64,000 nucleotides of DNA. It comes from Dictyostelium discoideum. Lineage: Eukaryota. Under the pieces are notes generated by a model that saw nothing but the letters and a program-made list of their open reading frames with translations, was not told the origin of the DNA and did no database searches. Positions within the stretch are counted from its first letter, which is position 1. Every line of letters begins with the position of its first letter. Made by a program: the position numbers and the translations under genes. The stretch covers positions 2,752,001 to 2,816,000 of the forward strand of contig CM000155.2 in the NCBI GenBank assembly GCA_000004695.1. The letters run 5' to 3'. Below are positions 62,901 to 64,000 of this stretch, in pieces.

Positions 62901-64000
62901 AGATGTACCAATGATTGAAAATTTTTCAACAACTAAAGTACCAAAATAAGTTTCATCTTTACTTATTAATGGACCCTCTAGCGAACGAACACCAGGTAAA
63001 ACTGAAAATTTGATTGAACCAATTGGTAATGGTTTAACTGAACGGAAGAAAACTAAACGACCATCTAATTTAGCATTTTTGAAAGAGTAATCAATATCTT
63101 CAAATTCTTCGAGACTAATTTTGGTTACTAATTGAACTTCGAATTTCTTTGCACTCAAAAAAGTGTCTGGTTGTAAACGAACATTGGCAATTACAGATTC
63201 TGGATCAACCGGTTGATTAAAAGATAAACAAAACAATTGATTGGCTTTAATGCTTGATAGGGTTGGATATCTAAAGTTTACATTTGGTAATGTGGTTGTA
63301 ACCTCACCAAATATTGCCTTATCGAAAACTTTACCCCATGGTGTTGTAAATTGACTATTTGGTTGTGGTAAAATTGTATAAGTGGTTGCAGGTTTGATTA
63401 AATCAAAGGATGCAGCTTTGAATGACAGTATATTTCTTGTTAAAGCTGACCAAGTACCTTCGATTGGTGGTTGAATAAGTGGTAAAACCGATGGACCCAC
63501 TGGAAGATAATCCAATTCAATTTGTACATCTGTTCTTGATGATATAAAAGCATCTGGTGTTAAAACATAATTATTATAATCATATGAATTATTTACAATT
63601 GGTTGATTGAATGAAACTTTAAATGAATCATGAACTAAATCGGTTGTACATGTTAATTGTGGGTAAGTTGCAAAGAAATAATTATTATATCCACCATCGA
63701 GTTTGGTTGGGAGTGGACCTTCCATAGATTGAAGACTACCATCAAATTCAATTGAGTAACCTAAATCATCACCCAATGGTTTCAATGGTTTAATAGCAAA
63801 CCAACTACCTGGTTCTTGAGTGTCAATAAATCGAAGATAATTCTCTTTAATTGCTTTTCTAAAGGTAGTAATTGAATGAAACTCTGCAGCATTTGAAATG
63901 ATTTGATATTCAACCGCCTTTGAAAGTAATTGATCAACTTTAAATGAAAATATCTTTTTAAATGATTCTTCATTAACTATTTGATTGTATCTAAAGATTA
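53934..64000 (-). CDS. giant (>3350 aa) secreted-type protein of the alpha-2-macroglobulin/TEP-like family with an internal circularly permuted Ras-like GTPase domain and acidic/Ser-rich low-complexity linkers; 5' end beyond the window
   Basis: Continuous ORF. The track's 'M' at 63785 is TTG and the frame stays open to 64000, so the gene is partial. N-terminal repeats of MG/Ig-like beta domains. TED-like helical region (...[34 protein letters not shown]...) in which the usual GCGEQ thioester position reads YPFERTEN. C-terminus ...[30 protein letters not shown] resembles the A2M receptor-binding/MG10 end (xEDMYxP...GRS). Ras-like segment at about 56700-57200. Confidence 0.7.
   Translation of the reverse strand, partial: [3354 protein letters not shown]
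56700..57200 (-). other. circularly permuted RasG-like small GTPase domain embedded in the giant ORF (order G3-G4-G5 then G1-G2)
   Basis: Protein order: [41 protein letters not shown]...[16 protein letters not shown]...[22 protein letters not shown] - linker [10 protein letters not shown] - [44 protein letters not shown]. P-loop coding at about 56790-56815 (plus coordinates, minus strand). Confidence 0.75.

Noticed and set aside
63782-63973. 63-aa minus-strand ORF upstream of the giant gene
   Set aside because: Different frame from the giant ORF, which itself stays open through this region. The apparent start of the giant ORF is a TTG artefact.

Overview
The window is AT-rich (about 75-80% A+T) eukaryotic nuclear DNA. 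It has long poly-Asn/poly-Gln coding tracts, short GTAAGT...AG introns of roughly 65-125 nt, and tRNA genes flanked by non-LTR retrotransposon debris. These are the hallmarks of Dictyostelium discoideum chromosomal sequence. There are three N-gaps (15414-15503, 21435-21534, 38899-38998). The provided ORF track uses non-ATG starts (TTG), so several 'M' residues are not real initiators.

Supported protein-coding content:
- Two clusters of small Gly/Ser-rich hssA/2C/7E-like genes at 374-4811 and 34422-38824. Both share a conserved 13-nt first exon (MTIL/MTIF/MAIF) followed by an intron.
- A PH-IQ-DH-PH RhoGEF (5100-7103, minus), plus a separate DH-domain fragment at 2206-2784.
- A CNBP-like CCHC zinc-knuckle protein.
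- Mitochondrial Hsp70 with three exons.
- A VOC/glyoxalase-like protein.
- A SAP + SUMO-like-domain protein with polyQ/polyN tracts.
- An enoyl-CoA hydratase.
- A CHCHD2/10-like twin-Cx9C protein.
- PP2A B55 regulatory subunit with two exons.
- A secreted NlpC/P60 peptidase encoded by five exons, including a 17-nt micro-exon.
- A NIF3-like small protein.
- YME1-like i-AAA FtsH protease.
- A TTC27-like TPR protein.
- dUTPase.
- A giant ORF of more than 3350 aa, A2M/TEP-like, running off the window edge.

RNA genes and mobile elements:
- tRNA-Val(UAC), tRNA-Asp(GUC), tRNA-Ile(AAU), and two identical intron-containing tRNA-Ile(UAU) genes.
- A tandem 198-bp repeat array ending 49 bp upstream of tRNA-Val, a candidate TRE5 A-module array.
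- Several truncated non-LTR (TRE-type) fragments with poly(A) tails.
- One apparently full-length TRE3-like element with intact ORF1 and ORF2 downstream of tRNA-Asp.

Most notable observation: a RasG-like GTPase domain in circularly permuted order (G3-G4-G5 followed by G1-G2) sits inside the giant A2M-like ORF, flanked by low-complexity acidic/Ser-rich linkers, at about the position where A2M proteins carry their bait region.
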